DNA of 64,000 nt from Arenicellales bacterium (GTDB lineage Bacteria; Pseudomonadota; Gammaproteobacteria; Arenicellales; JAJDZL01). A program made the position numbers and the translations under genes. How positions within the stretch are numbered: position 1 is the stretch's first letter; every line of letters begins with the position of its first letter. The stretch lies in the NCBI GenBank assembly GCA_963662635.2, contig CAXXFC010000006.1, positions 104,932 to 168,931 on the forward strand. The letters run 5' to 3'. Below the pieces are notes generated by a model. It was given only the letters and a program-made list of their open reading frames with translations. It searched no databases and was not told the origin of the DNA. Shown here piece by piece: positions 20,188-29,225 of this stretch.

Positions 20188-20609
20188 CTCTATTCTGAAA
20201 TTAAATCATGATGAAGTCCTAGAAATTCATAGTCGTCCATTCGACCTGTACGCGGTTAGGCTGGTGTCAGGGATTCTTGCCTGATTCTCAGTGCGCTGTA
20301 CAGACCTCAAACCGGATACCAGGAAGATTTGACAGAGATAGCTTCGGAATTGTTTGAATCGTTACTTGTCAAATCGAAAAAAAACGCGTAGCGCTTGTTG
20401 CTACAAACTTTTTTCTTCGGGGTAGACGCAAATGGGGCTTTTACTTATTTGATCGGACTCATAGAAGCAGGAGACTGCGATTATCAGAATCTGATTCCGT
20501 GAAATTCCGTCGAGAATTTGTAGAGTTTCTTAAATTTCGAACTCACGGTAATTCCGACCATAAACACAATCTTCGTCGCTTATACTCCAGAGTTACATGC
20601 AATTTTTAG
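20184..20609 (+). pseudogene. doc: Doc (death-on-curing, Fic-fold) toxin, multiply frameshifted
   Basis: Pieces in different frames: LKLNHDEVLEIHS..., AGVRDSCLILSALYRPQTGYQEDLTEIASELFESLLVKS and KKRVALVATNFFLR. They are collinear with the Doc pattern (eevl.iH....GG..GvRD.glLeSAl.RPq......dl...AA.l.esl..nHPF.DGNKRvA......FL..NG). The HPFxDG part of the catalytic motif is missing. Confidence 0.7.
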
Positions 20610-20839
20610 GCAGCGTGACCGAAAGGCATTAGCCGATTTTGAATTTTGATTATTCTCTATTCTGCCTATCCGATATAAGTTAATTCCTGCAAAAATATCG
20701 CTCGTTCCCAGTTTATCCCGCAATTTCCTCAACTGTTGACAAAGAATTTACTCGTGAAAACAAGTTAAAATACTTCAAGTATTCAAACCGCACAATTGCT
20801 TCGATTCGAAAGCAACTCCAACGCAAATCGGATTATTTC

Positions 20840-21187
20840 ATGGACGTAACGATTTACCACAATCCCAGATGCTCGAAATCCAGGCTTACTCTGAGCCTGT
20901 TGCAGAGTAAAAATTACGACCCTACAATCATCGAGTACCTCAAGACACCTCCATCTGCCGAATCATTAAGGAAGATTCTTGACGCACTGGACATGAGACC
21001 CAGAGATTTGATTCGTACAGGGGAGTCAATCTACAAGTCAGAAAATCTTGATAATCCCGAATTGACAGATGAACAGCTGATCGAAAAAATGATCGAGCAT
21101 CCAATCCTGATAGAACGCCCTGTAGTCGTGAGTGGAGATAAGGCTGCGATCGGACGCCCGCCGGAGCGAGTTCTGGAAATCCTCTGA
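20840..21187 (+). CDS. arsC: Arsenate reductase (glutaredoxin-type ArsC family)
   Basis: 115 aa, collinear with E. coli ArsC (TIYHNPRCSKSR, HPILIERPVVV, GRPPERVLEIL). Confidence 0.8.
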   Translation: MDVTIYHNPRCSKSRLTLSLLQSKNYDPTIIEYLKTPPSAESLRKILDALDMRPRDLIRTGESIYKSENLDNPELTDEQLIEKMIEHPILIERPVVVSGDKAAIGRPPERVLEIL

Positions 21188-21223
21188 ATCGCCCGACACT
21201 CACCATATTCGAGCCAGATTATC

Positions 21224-22972
21224 GTGGCGATGGTCACTTTCAACAAGGACGATATCAAGACGATCATTCTGAGGATTGTCATTCTTGCCGCGTTGGGTTC
21301 CGCGATCGGCGCTGTCGTTTCCCTTTTGGCGCTCTCCTTCGTCGAAGCGGTCCTCTGGCTGAATCGTAATCTACTCATATCACCAAGCGCACGAATCCAG
21401 CATTCAGAAAACACGCTGTTTCTGAATGTTGCTACGGTACTGGTTCCGACGCTCGGCGGACTCGCGGTCGGGTTGATATTGCGTTACATGGTGAGAATTC
21501 GACGCGGCCTCGGTCCTTCTGATTCGATTTGGATGGTGCAGACCCGTAGTGCCGGTGAATCCACCAAAGATGGATTGATGTCTACACTGGCAGCAATCCT
21601 GTCATTGGGAACCGGTGCATCAGCGGGTCAATACGGGCCTCTGGTCTATTTGGGTACCATCATCGGCGCCGTCGCCGCCAAACTGAATTTTGAAATTCGC
21701 AATCTGCAAGCGATCAGTATTGCAAGTGGAGTGGCAGCGGCTATCTCTGTCGCGTTCAATGCTCCGATCGCAGGATTGGTTTTCGCTCACGAAGTGATAC
21801 TCAGGCACTATTCAATTCAGGTTTTTGCGCCGACGGCTGTAGCCGCTGCTGTGGGTTATGTCGTTGCCAACGTCATGTTCAACCGCCCTGCTCTGTTTCT
21901 AGTGGAGTTTGAGGGTGTTCAGTTCGGCTACGAATTTGTATTTTTCGCAGTCATCGGTGTATTGAGTGCCTTACTGGCTATCGTCTATGCAAAAGGTATT
22001 CTGACTTGTAACGATTTGATCAAACGTACCAATATTCCGATTCAGTTCCGTCCGATGATTGCCGGAATAATTCTCGGCCTGGTCGCAATCTGGATACCCG
22101 ATGTACTGGGTATCGGTAGTACGAGCCTTCGATTCGCAACCATTGATCATGCATTCGAGCTAAGTGAGTTGACGGTGCTTATCATAGCGAAAATCGTATT
22201 GACGTCCATTTGCCTGGGATTCGGTTTCGTCGGCGGTGTTTTCAGCCCAATACTGCTGATCGGAATTTTGTTCGGTGCACTCTGCGGTGGTATTCTCGAT
22301 GACTTCACTGCGATAGGCCACTCAGGGATTATTCCTTATGCGGTCTGCGGAATGATGGCGGCAACGAGTCCTATCATCGGGGCACCCCTGACAACCATTC
22401 TCATTGTTTTCGAACTGACACGTAACTACGATCTTGCAATCGCAGTGATGGTCGCGGTCGTATTCTCTAATCTCATCTCGTACCGAATTTTCGGCCGTTC
22501 ATTCTTTGACATTCAATTGCATCAGCGAGGATTCGACCTCTCTCTGGGACGAATCAATGCGTTGACCGTCTATCAGAAAGTGACCGATTTGATGCACGAA
22601 AATTTCCTACGTCTGCATCCGCATGAAACAGTGGCATCGGTCAAAGAGAAACTGGCTAAAAGTTGGTACGATGAGGGTATCGTAACCGACGAAAGCGGAG
22701 TTTTTGTCGGCATTGTTCAGGTCAAGGCTTTGGATAACTATACTCCCGAATGTTCGATCAACGATGCAATTGAGCATAATCCACTGGTATTCACAGAATT
22801 GACAAATATGCGCGAAGCCGTCGAGGATTTCAAAACATTCACCGCCGATATCGCACCGGTTGTGTCGTCGACTGACCGGAAACTGCTCGGTGTGGTGTGG
22901 GACTATGATGTCATACGTTCATATCTGGCGACAATTCAACGACTTCGGCAAGAGGAAAATGAATCTCTATAG
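21224..22972 (+). CDS. ClC-type chloride channel/antiporter with C-terminal CBS pair
   Basis: About 10-12 hydrophobic segments, ClC selectivity-like motifs (GASAGQYGPL, GGVFSP) and a C-terminal soluble CBS-like region. The start is GTG 21224 or ATG 21230. Confidence 0.8.
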   Translation: MAMVTFNKDDIKTIILRIVILAALGSAIGAVVSLLALSFVEAVLWLNRNLLISPSARIQHSENTLFLNVATVLVPTLGGLAVGLILRYMVRIRRGLGPSDSIWMVQTRSAGESTKDGLMSTLAAILSLGTGASAGQYGPLVYLGTIIGAVAAKLNFEIRNLQAISIASGVAAAISVAFNAPIAGLVFAHEVILRHYSIQVFAPTAVAAAVGYVVANVMFNRPALFLVEFEGVQFGYEFVFFAVIGVLSALLAIVYAKGILTCNDLIKRTNIPIQFRPMIAGIILGLVAIWIPDVLGIGSTSLRFATIDHAFELSELTVLIIAKIVLTSICLGFGFVGGVFSPILLIGILFGALCGGILDDFTAIGHSGIIPYAVCGMMAATSPIIGAPLTTILIVFELTRNYDLAIAVMVAVVFSNLISYRIFGRSFFDIQLHQRGFDLSLGRINALTVYQKVTDLMHENFLRLHPHETVASVKEKLAKSWYDEGIVTDESGVFVGIVQVKALDNYTPECSINDAIEHNPLVFTELTNMREAVEDFKTFTADIAPVVSSTDRKLLGVVWDYDVIRSYLATIQRLRQEENESL

Positions 22973-24056
22973 AACTTTTGTCGCTGTTATTGCGTTATGG
23001 GGTTCCGGGTTCGCAGTCGCACAGGAAGGCCAAACGCTGACCATCACATCATGGGGTGGTGCTTACGAAAGAGCGCAGCTTTCCGCATTGATCGAGCCGT
23101 TCAGAAAGGAAACCGGTATTGATGTGAAATTACGTCAATATGTGGGCGGAATTGAACCGTTGCAACGTCGAGACCAGAAAAACAATCCTGAGTTTGACGT
23201 TGTGGATCTCGTCGAATCCGATGCACATTTTGCATGCGACGAAAAAATTCTTATCAATTTTGAAAGCTCTATGCTTGATCCTGCTGCAGACGGCACACCC
23301 GCTGAAGAGGACTTTATGGAAGATGCATGGCTTGACTGTGGCATCGCGCACATTGAGTATGCGACTGTTGTGGCTTATGATGAGCGTGCGTTTATGGAGG
23401 AAAAGCCAAGTTCAATCGCCGACTTTTTCGATATCGAACGATTTCCGGGTAAACGTGCCCTTCAACGCCATCCACGAGCCGTGTTGGAGTGGGCGATGCT
23501 CTCCTATGGTATTCCTCCTCAACAGATTTATGAACTGCTCAGTTCGGAACGAGGACTGAACCTGGTCACACGCCGCATGAACCAGATTCGTGACCACATC
23601 GTTTGGTGGGAGAGTGGTTCTGAACCCGCGCAACTGCTCGGGGATGGAACGGTGGTCATGGCATCCGGTTACAACGGGCGATTTTTTGAAGCGACGATGA
23701 ACCATGACGCTGCGATATCTGTCATTCAGGACGGGCAGCTGTTGGAGTTTGGAGTTTGGGGCATACTACGTGACTCACCCAATCAAGAAGCAGCTAAAAA
23801 ATTTCTCAGGTACGTCACAGGCACGCAGAAGATGGCTGATTTCTCAAACCGGATTCCTTACAGCCCCACTCGGAGTTCCTCAATTAGACGAATAGGACTG
23901 CATGAGAAATCCAATGTATCCATGCTGACCTATATGCCAAGATCAACATCGTCTACCTCCAAGAATGTAATTCGTATAGCAAGTGAGTGGTACTCGCGTA
24001 CGGAAAAAGTCAGAGAACGCTGGTTCAATGAGTGGCTTCTCGATGGAGAAAATTGA
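22959..24056 (+). CDS. Periplasmic solute-binding protein (PotD/PotF-like family), no adjacent ABC partners
   Basis: ATG at 22959 is preceded by AGAGGA. Signal peptide MNLYRTFVAVIALWGSGFAVAQ, and LTITSWGGAYERAQ is typical of family-1 SBPs. The listed ORF start (22860) lies inside the ClC gene and is unlikely. Confidence 0.75.
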   Translation: MNLYRTFVAVIALWGSGFAVAQEGQTLTITSWGGAYERAQLSALIEPFRKETGIDVKLRQYVGGIEPLQRRDQKNNPEFDVVDLVESDAHFACDEKILINFESSMLDPAADGTPAEEDFMEDAWLDCGIAHIEYATVVAYDERAFMEEKPSSIADFFDIERFPGKRALQRHPRAVLEWAMLSYGIPPQQIYELLSSERGLNLVTRRMNQIRDHIVWWESGSEPAQLLGDGTVVMASGYNGRFFEATMNHDAAISVIQDGQLLEFGVWGILRDSPNQEAAKKFLRYVTGTQKMADFSNRIPYSPTRSSSIRRIGLHEKSNVSMLTYMPRSTSSTSKNVIRIASEWYSRTEKVRERWFNEWLLDGEN

Positions 24057-24691
24057 TGGTCACCATAATCATCGGCTTGAAATCAGCCAACCATGCGAAT
24101 AAAAGTACAGTACAAGGCATCAACAGCAGATTTCAACTTGCCGACAGAAAGTTTAATCAAGATTTGGAGAATCTTGAGAGTTACTGAAGGCACTATTCGA
24201 ATGTCAGTGTCTACTATTCAATGCTGTAGTCAGGAGAACTTCCACGTTTTCAACCTCGCATTATTCAGTCCAATGTGTCTTAGTATTGTTGCACTGTACA
24301 ACCGCAAATGAGGTAAGCCTGACTACCACTGTGCGTGAGGACGCGATCATTTTTATAAAATCTGGCAGTTGAAAAAATGGTAAGTGCCACGCAACATTGT
24401 TGTAGGCATTCCGCGAATCGCATGGGATGAAACTCATCGAAAGGTGGATGTGTATCCGCATTTCACGTAGTTTGTCTGCGAGCTTAAGGAATTGAACTAT
24501 GCTATTTACAACCTGCAACTCGAGTAACCCCGCCTTGGAAAAATTACTCTGCGACAATTGTCACTGCAAAATTTAGCCCAAGTCAGGGTGTCTCAAAATA
24601 TGTATGGATGCTTCGAAGAGGTTGCCGTACTAGGCGTCAGGCTACGGATGAACCGGATTTGACACTGCGCCGGGGATGGATTAACCCCAGC

Positions 24692-25444
24692 CTACCACAG
24701 CATTTTCGATATCGGATTCTGACTGCCCGGAGGTGCGTTCAATTTCTTTCCGATATACTTCCTTCTCATCCCTTCATCTGCCGGGATACCATCGAAACAA
24801 TACCTCGTTCCCTTGTATGGTTTATCAGTTTCCCCGTGTATAGTCGGATCATGCTCATACCAGCTGTTCTTGTCCACCCGGAACAATCCGACACAGATCT
24901 GGTCGCATACTGCCGCGACATGATGTTCCGTGGCATTCAGTTCTTTGGCATCCACTCTCCATGCCATTCTGACAGCCACATATGCATCAAATTCGCTGTT
25001 TTCCAATGTTCTGCGATTGATTTTGATGCACAGGATTGGAACACCGGGTTCATTCGGCATCTCCTCCGGTTCATATCTCTGTATCAGCTGATCCACGGTA
25101 GCAGAACCCCGATCACTGTTGTGACCCGAAACCACATTGGTCAGATTGTTCATGTAACAGTCGATGACCGCAGCCTCCACCTCGTATGCGGTGCGCTCGT
25201 CCAGCCCGTGCCGATGTATGATATGATGCGGTTCCATTCCGAAATTGAGGATATCCCGAATCTGCGCTAGTTTCAGGGAACTCTCGTTCTCCTCCCCGGT
25301 CACACTGATTTGCGCCAGCACATGCTCGTATACCCGGCCACCCCGACCCTTACCGACATAGAAAGTATGGCCTGTCCGGGGATCAATCAGTCTGTATACG
25401 TAATAGCCGAGATTGTCGGATACAGTCTTGGAAATTGCTCTCAT
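24692..25444 (-). CDS. GIY-YIG nuclease family protein
   Basis: The N-terminus YYVYRLIDPRTGHTFYVGKGRGGRVYEH is a GIY-x(10)-YVG motif, followed by conserved R/E/N positions. AGGAG lies 6 nt upstream of the ATG. Confidence 0.75.
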   Translation of the reverse strand: MRAISKTVSDNLGYYVYRLIDPRTGHTFYVGKGRGGRVYEHVLAQISVTGEENESSLKLAQIRDILNFGMEPHHIIHRHGLDERTAYEVEAAVIDCYMNNLTNVVSGHNSDRGSATVDQLIQRYEPEEMPNEPGVPILCIKINRRTLENSEFDAYVAVRMAWRVDAKELNATEHHVAAVCDQICVGLFRVDKNSWYEHDPTIHGETDKPYKGTRYCFDGIPADEGMRRKYIGKKLNAPPGSQNPISKMLW

Positions 25445-25508
25445 GATGTTCTCCTGTGGTAGTGCTCGATCAGGTCATTTGACTTTTTCGTTGCATCGAA
25501 TCAGTTGT

Positions 25509-26878
25509 GGGCACGTCTATTTATTCGACATTAATGATACAGCCTGAGACTGGGAGAGTGAAGGCGACTCGGATTCGCGATTTCCGGTTCGATATGAGAT
25601 AATATGGATTCATCGGTAAGTCATTCATTTTGCGGATTAATTGCAGGGTATTTGAGATGGAGAGACGGCATCTGTTCGAGCGTGAGATGCAGCAGCGGGC
25701 GCTGGAGGAATTTGATGGTCTGGCGCGTATCAGGGCGCTGGTGGACTGGGAGGTGTTTGTACCGGTGCTTGAGGAGATTTTCGGTGTCTCCCATGGCGGT
25801 CCGGGGCGGCCGGCCTGGGATCCGCTGGTGATGTTCCGCTCGATCCTGCTGGGTGTGATGCACTCGCTGAGCGACCGCGACCTGCAGTTCATGCTGCTGG
25901 ACCGGCGCACCTTCAAGCAGTTTGCGGGACTTCAGAGCGATGATCAGGTGCCGGATCAGAAGACCCTGTGGAAGTACCGCGACCTGCTGAGCCGGTCGGG
26001 TCGGATTGACGAGCTGTTCGATCTTTTCAAGGCGCAGCTGCGCTCGCATGGCTACGAGCTCACCAGCGGACAGATTGTGGACTCGTCGATTGTCGAGGTG
26101 CCGCGTCAGCGCAACAGCCGCGAGGACAACCGGACGGTGAAGTCCGGCGAGGTGCCGGAGTCCTGGCAGGACAATCCGAACAAGCTGTGCCAGAAGGACA
26201 CCGATGCGCGCTGGACGAAAAAGCGCAATCAGAACCATTTCGGCTACAAGAACCACATCTCGGCGGACCGGGAGACGAAGTTCATTGACGAATGGGAGGT
26301 GACGGCGGCGAGCACGCACGACTCGCAGGTGTTCGTTGAGCTGTTGCCGGAACGGCCCACGGGCGATTGTCAGGTATGGGCCGACAGTGCCTACCGTTCG
26401 GAGGATGCGTTGAGGAAGCTGCGGAAGCGCGGTTACAAGCCCCGCATCAACCACAAGGCGACGCGTGCGAAGGCTTTGAGCGACCGTCAGGACGGGGTGA
26501 ACCGGGCGTATTCGAAAGTGCGCTGCCGGGTGGAGCATGTGTTCGGGTCGATGACCAACGAGATGCCGGAGCGGTACATGCGCTGTATCGGGAAGACGAG
26601 GGCGCGGAGCTGGATCGGGTTGCGCAACCTTTGCTACAACATGAGGCGGCTGAGCTATCTGCAGCCGTCGTTGTCGGCGGTGTAGGGGAAGTTGTGTCCG
26701 AATGGGCGAAATTCAGGGCAGTGAGGCTCGGATCAGGGGGTTTTCAGGCCGGAAATTGCGGAAAATCGCCTTCGGAGCGGGAAATTTTCGGAAAATGCGG
26801 TGCGGAAGCTTGGATTTTTTCAAAAATCGGCATCGGACACTCAGGGGCTCTCAATTTTCAGGGTTAATAGAGGTGCCC
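25509..26878 (+). mobile_element. IS5-family insertion sequence (1370 bp)
   Basis: Terminal inverted repeats GGGCACGTCTATTTAT (25509..25524) and the reverse complement of 26863..26878 (GGGCACCTCTATTAAC) match at 13 of 16 positions. Direct TTGT repeats sit at 25505..25508 and 26879..26882. It carries a single transposase ORF and is clearly more GC-rich than its flanks. Confidence 0.85.
25657..26685 (+). CDS. IS5-family DDE transposase
   Basis: N-terminus GRPAWDPLVMFRSILLGVMHSLSDRDLQFMLLDRRTFKQFAGL, then DSSIVEVPRQRN, GYKNHISADRETKFI and ADSAYRS. This matches the IS5-type Tnp pattern. ATG at 25657. Confidence 0.9.
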   Translation: MERRHLFEREMQQRALEEFDGLARIRALVDWEVFVPVLEEIFGVSHGGPGRPAWDPLVMFRSILLGVMHSLSDRDLQFMLLDRRTFKQFAGLQSDDQVPDQKTLWKYRDLLSRSGRIDELFDLFKAQLRSHGYELTSGQIVDSSIVEVPRQRNSREDNRTVKSGEVPESWQDNPNKLCQKDTDARWTKKRNQNHFGYKNHISADRETKFIDEWEVTAASTHDSQVFVELLPERPTGDCQVWADSAYRSEDALRKLRKRGYKPRINHKATRAKALSDRQDGVNRAYSKVRCRVEHVFGSMTNEMPERYMRCIGKTRARSWIGLRNLCYNMRRLSYLQPSLSAV

Positions 26879-26957
26879 TTGTAGATGTCATCCCATGATG
26901 AGTCGAGTCGGTGTGTCATGCCGAACAGCAATATAGTGTTAAACTTCCGAAGGACTT

Positions 26958-28952
26958 TCAGTTTTGTTGTTCCTTTTGTAGAAGAGCCTTCCAACCTTCA
27001 TAGATCATAACCATTGCCATGGAATCCAATTCGCAATATTTGAGAAGTGCTTTTTGGATCTCCTCACGCTCAAAGTCCAACATTTCTTCCGACTGCATCC
27101 GGGTATAAGCTGTCATGGCAGCACCGCCTTCTCGTAGCTCATCATCGCTAGACATCAAATATCGCATATCACTTTCTGGAATATTCTGAAACATAGGGGG
27201 CAGACTTTTATATGGATCAATTACTTTCCCGTCCTTATACTTGATCCAAATTTTGTTTTCAAAATCTTTGCTGCGGATTCCATCTTTAGATCCGTAGATT
27301 GGTTTTGAATATTTGTTCTGCAGGAAAGTGGAGCTGTTCAGGATTGCCGGAAGCACGTCCTTAATAGAGTTGGAGCCTTTGGTGGCGGGGTCGTAGTAGT
27401 AGCGCTTGACGATTTCCCACAGGTCCACCATAGTGCGCTTACCTTTGCATTCATCTTTATGAGTTATTGACTTGATAAACTCACAAAGTTCATCCCGATC
27501 TGCAATTTGACCCTTTTCATCCTGAAACTGACGGTAAATCATGTTCAGGGTATTGTATTCATGGCGGGCATATTGAAAGATAGTACCGTTGTCGTCTTTG
27601 AGCTGAGCATTTAGTGCTCTCACAAATTCGAAGTTCGGAAACGTCCCTCGTTCCTTATTCAAAAACTGACCAAAGTGCTCCACAGAACCATCTTCACTAA
27701 CAACATGATGAGAAAACTGAAATGCGATTCCCTCATAAGGTCCGCGTCCCGCATAGAAAGGAATTGCTACGCTCGCGGTTTCAAAGTCAATAAAGTGGAG
27801 TGGAAAATCCCAGCTGTACATCTCTCTTCGAAGACTCTCCCGGTCCAGCCAGATCGAGTAGTCTCCGTTTTGCACTTTCTCGACCTGAAGCCACTGTCGT
27901 TCTTTTTGTGAAAGACCCGGTCCTATATTTTTTTCCGGCTTAGGAATGATGTTCGCCTTGGAAAGTTGGGACATTTTGATAATGCCATCTTGAATCAGCT
28001 GATTCTTATCCCTTTCATCCTTACCCCGACCAATTGCTTGCCATACATCTAGAACGGTGGGGCATTCGAAATCTTGGTCATTCCACCCCAATTGATCTTT
28101 CCAGCATCTCTTAAATCCGCTTTCCAAACCAATCCGTTCTTCATCATCCGTTGTACGAAACTCGCATTTAGCGCATGCCGTCGATATCGGTGTCGAGAAT
28201 GGCGAATCTGGAACATAGTAGTCCGCCAACCAGTCAACCCATTGTTCAAAGTTTAGCGACTGCTCACCTCCATCGTATGTATCGGAATAAATATTTTTGT
28301 ATTCTGCATCCACATTCATCTTGCGGAGAATTGGCGGTATTAAATCTTCTTCCGTCAGGGTTTCCGATACGGAAACAGAGACTCGATTATTGCTATCTTT
28401 AACTAATTGAAACTTTTGATTGAGACCATCTGTCGGACATTTCGCAGATTTGTCGACCAGCATGAGATTGACCGAAACTTCATATTGAGGATAAGCTCGT
28501 TCAATGACAATCTTCTGAAAGGCAACATCATATAGGTATGGTCTGTTTTGTTTGTTTTGTAAAAACTTGTTTTTCTCTTTAGGGTCTATCGATTTGGCCT
28601 TCACTTCATAGAGGCTGAGTCTGTTTTTATCTTTTACCAGAATATCTGCACGGATGAAAAGTTTATCGGTCGCGATTGCCGCTTCGAATATCGTGACCTG
28701 ATCCAACCCGAGCAACTCGTTGGTCTGCTCCAATGCTTTATCGTGATCTTGAGTTTTGATTTCCTCGCCTCCCGGAAAATAATGTTTAGCGAGTTCGCCC
28801 ACCTGATTACCGCCATCTGCCAGTGCGAGAAGGAAACTGTTTTTTGGTTTTTGATTGGCGTACTTGTCTTTTTTACCGGTGCAAAAAAGCTTCGTGGGGC
28901 ATTCGGTAGCCAGCTTGAATATAGATTTCGTCAGGTATCTGTTTTTCTCCAT
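26958..28952 (-). CDS. DUF2779 protein: N-terminal PD-(D/E)xK (Cas4/RecB-like) plus C-terminal RNase H-like exonuclease-type domain
   Basis: YLTKSIFKLATECPTKLF and IRADILVKD...LSLYEVKAKS give a D...ExK pattern. Later comes FIDFETASVAIPFYAGRGPYEGIAFQFSHH, remembered as the DUF2779 hallmark. ATG 28952 is preceded by AAGGAG. Confidence 0.7.
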   Translation of the reverse strand: MEKNRYLTKSIFKLATECPTKLFCTGKKDKYANQKPKNSFLLALADGGNQVGELAKHYFPGGEEIKTQDHDKALEQTNELLGLDQVTIFEAAIATDKLFIRADILVKDKNRLSLYEVKAKSIDPKEKNKFLQNKQNRPYLYDVAFQKIVIERAYPQYEVSVNLMLVDKSAKCPTDGLNQKFQLVKDSNNRVSVSVSETLTEEDLIPPILRKMNVDAEYKNIYSDTYDGGEQSLNFEQWVDWLADYYVPDSPFSTPISTACAKCEFRTTDDEERIGLESGFKRCWKDQLGWNDQDFECPTVLDVWQAIGRGKDERDKNQLIQDGIIKMSQLSKANIIPKPEKNIGPGLSQKERQWLQVEKVQNGDYSIWLDRESLRREMYSWDFPLHFIDFETASVAIPFYAGRGPYEGIAFQFSHHVVSEDGSVEHFGQFLNKERGTFPNFEFVRALNAQLKDDNGTIFQYARHEYNTLNMIYRQFQDEKGQIADRDELCEFIKSITHKDECKGKRTMVDLWEIVKRYYYDPATKGSNSIKDVLPAILNSSTFLQNKYSKPIYGSKDGIRSKDFENKIWIKYKDGKVIDPYKSLPPMFQNIPESDMRYLMSSDDELREGGAAMTAYTRMQSEEMLDFEREEIQKALLKYCELDSMAMVMIYEGWKALLQKEQQN

Positions 28953-29225
28953 CGGTATCTCTCCTTGATATCCACTATTGACGACCATATTCATAGACTA
29001 GAATGTCCATTTATTCAACGTTAATGGCATATCCATAGTCGGGGCAAAGTATATCTGAAAATAGTCGTACCAAATTAGCGCCTCGGAAGTTTTGAAAATT
29101 ACCTTCGTTCAGATATTATTTGAAGTCCTGACTGACATACATTCAGGTCAAACAGTACAGATTTCTACATTTGGTAATCAACCTGTTGGATTCTGCATGA
29201 TTTAAATTTCTGATTGTCTGTAAAC

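Noticed and set aside
20228-20275. Apparent similarity between the doc pseudogene segment (ATAGTCGTCCATTCGACCTGTACGCGGTTAGG) and the element TIR.
   Set aside because: The spacing between the conserved Doc blocks (IH ... GVRD) is what an uninterrupted doc gene would have. The segment is therefore native coding sequence, not an inserted TIR scar.
24093-24557. Two overlapping small ORFs (24093..24311 plus, 24261..24557 minus) downstream of the GIY-YIG gene.
   Set aside because: The DNA is AT-rich, with no motifs, and the ORFs overlap each other. The minus-strand ORF could be a third gene of the nuclease module, but nothing in the sequence supports it.
25474-25483. A GTCATTTGAC 10-mer identical to the TIR core of the PD-(D/E)xK element, just outside the IS5 left end.
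   Set aside because: The flanking bases on both sides do not resemble the rest of the TIR. There is no partner repeat or element body nearby. It is treated as coincidence.
25521-26538. Long antisense ORFs inside the IS (25521..25916 and 25621..26538, minus strand), and inside the TIR elements (30940..31446 minus, 50821..51333 plus).
   Set aside because: They lie opposite well-supported genes in GC-rich DNA. Their composition is low-complexity, Arg/Leu/Pro-rich, with no motifs. This is typical of stop-poor antisense frames.
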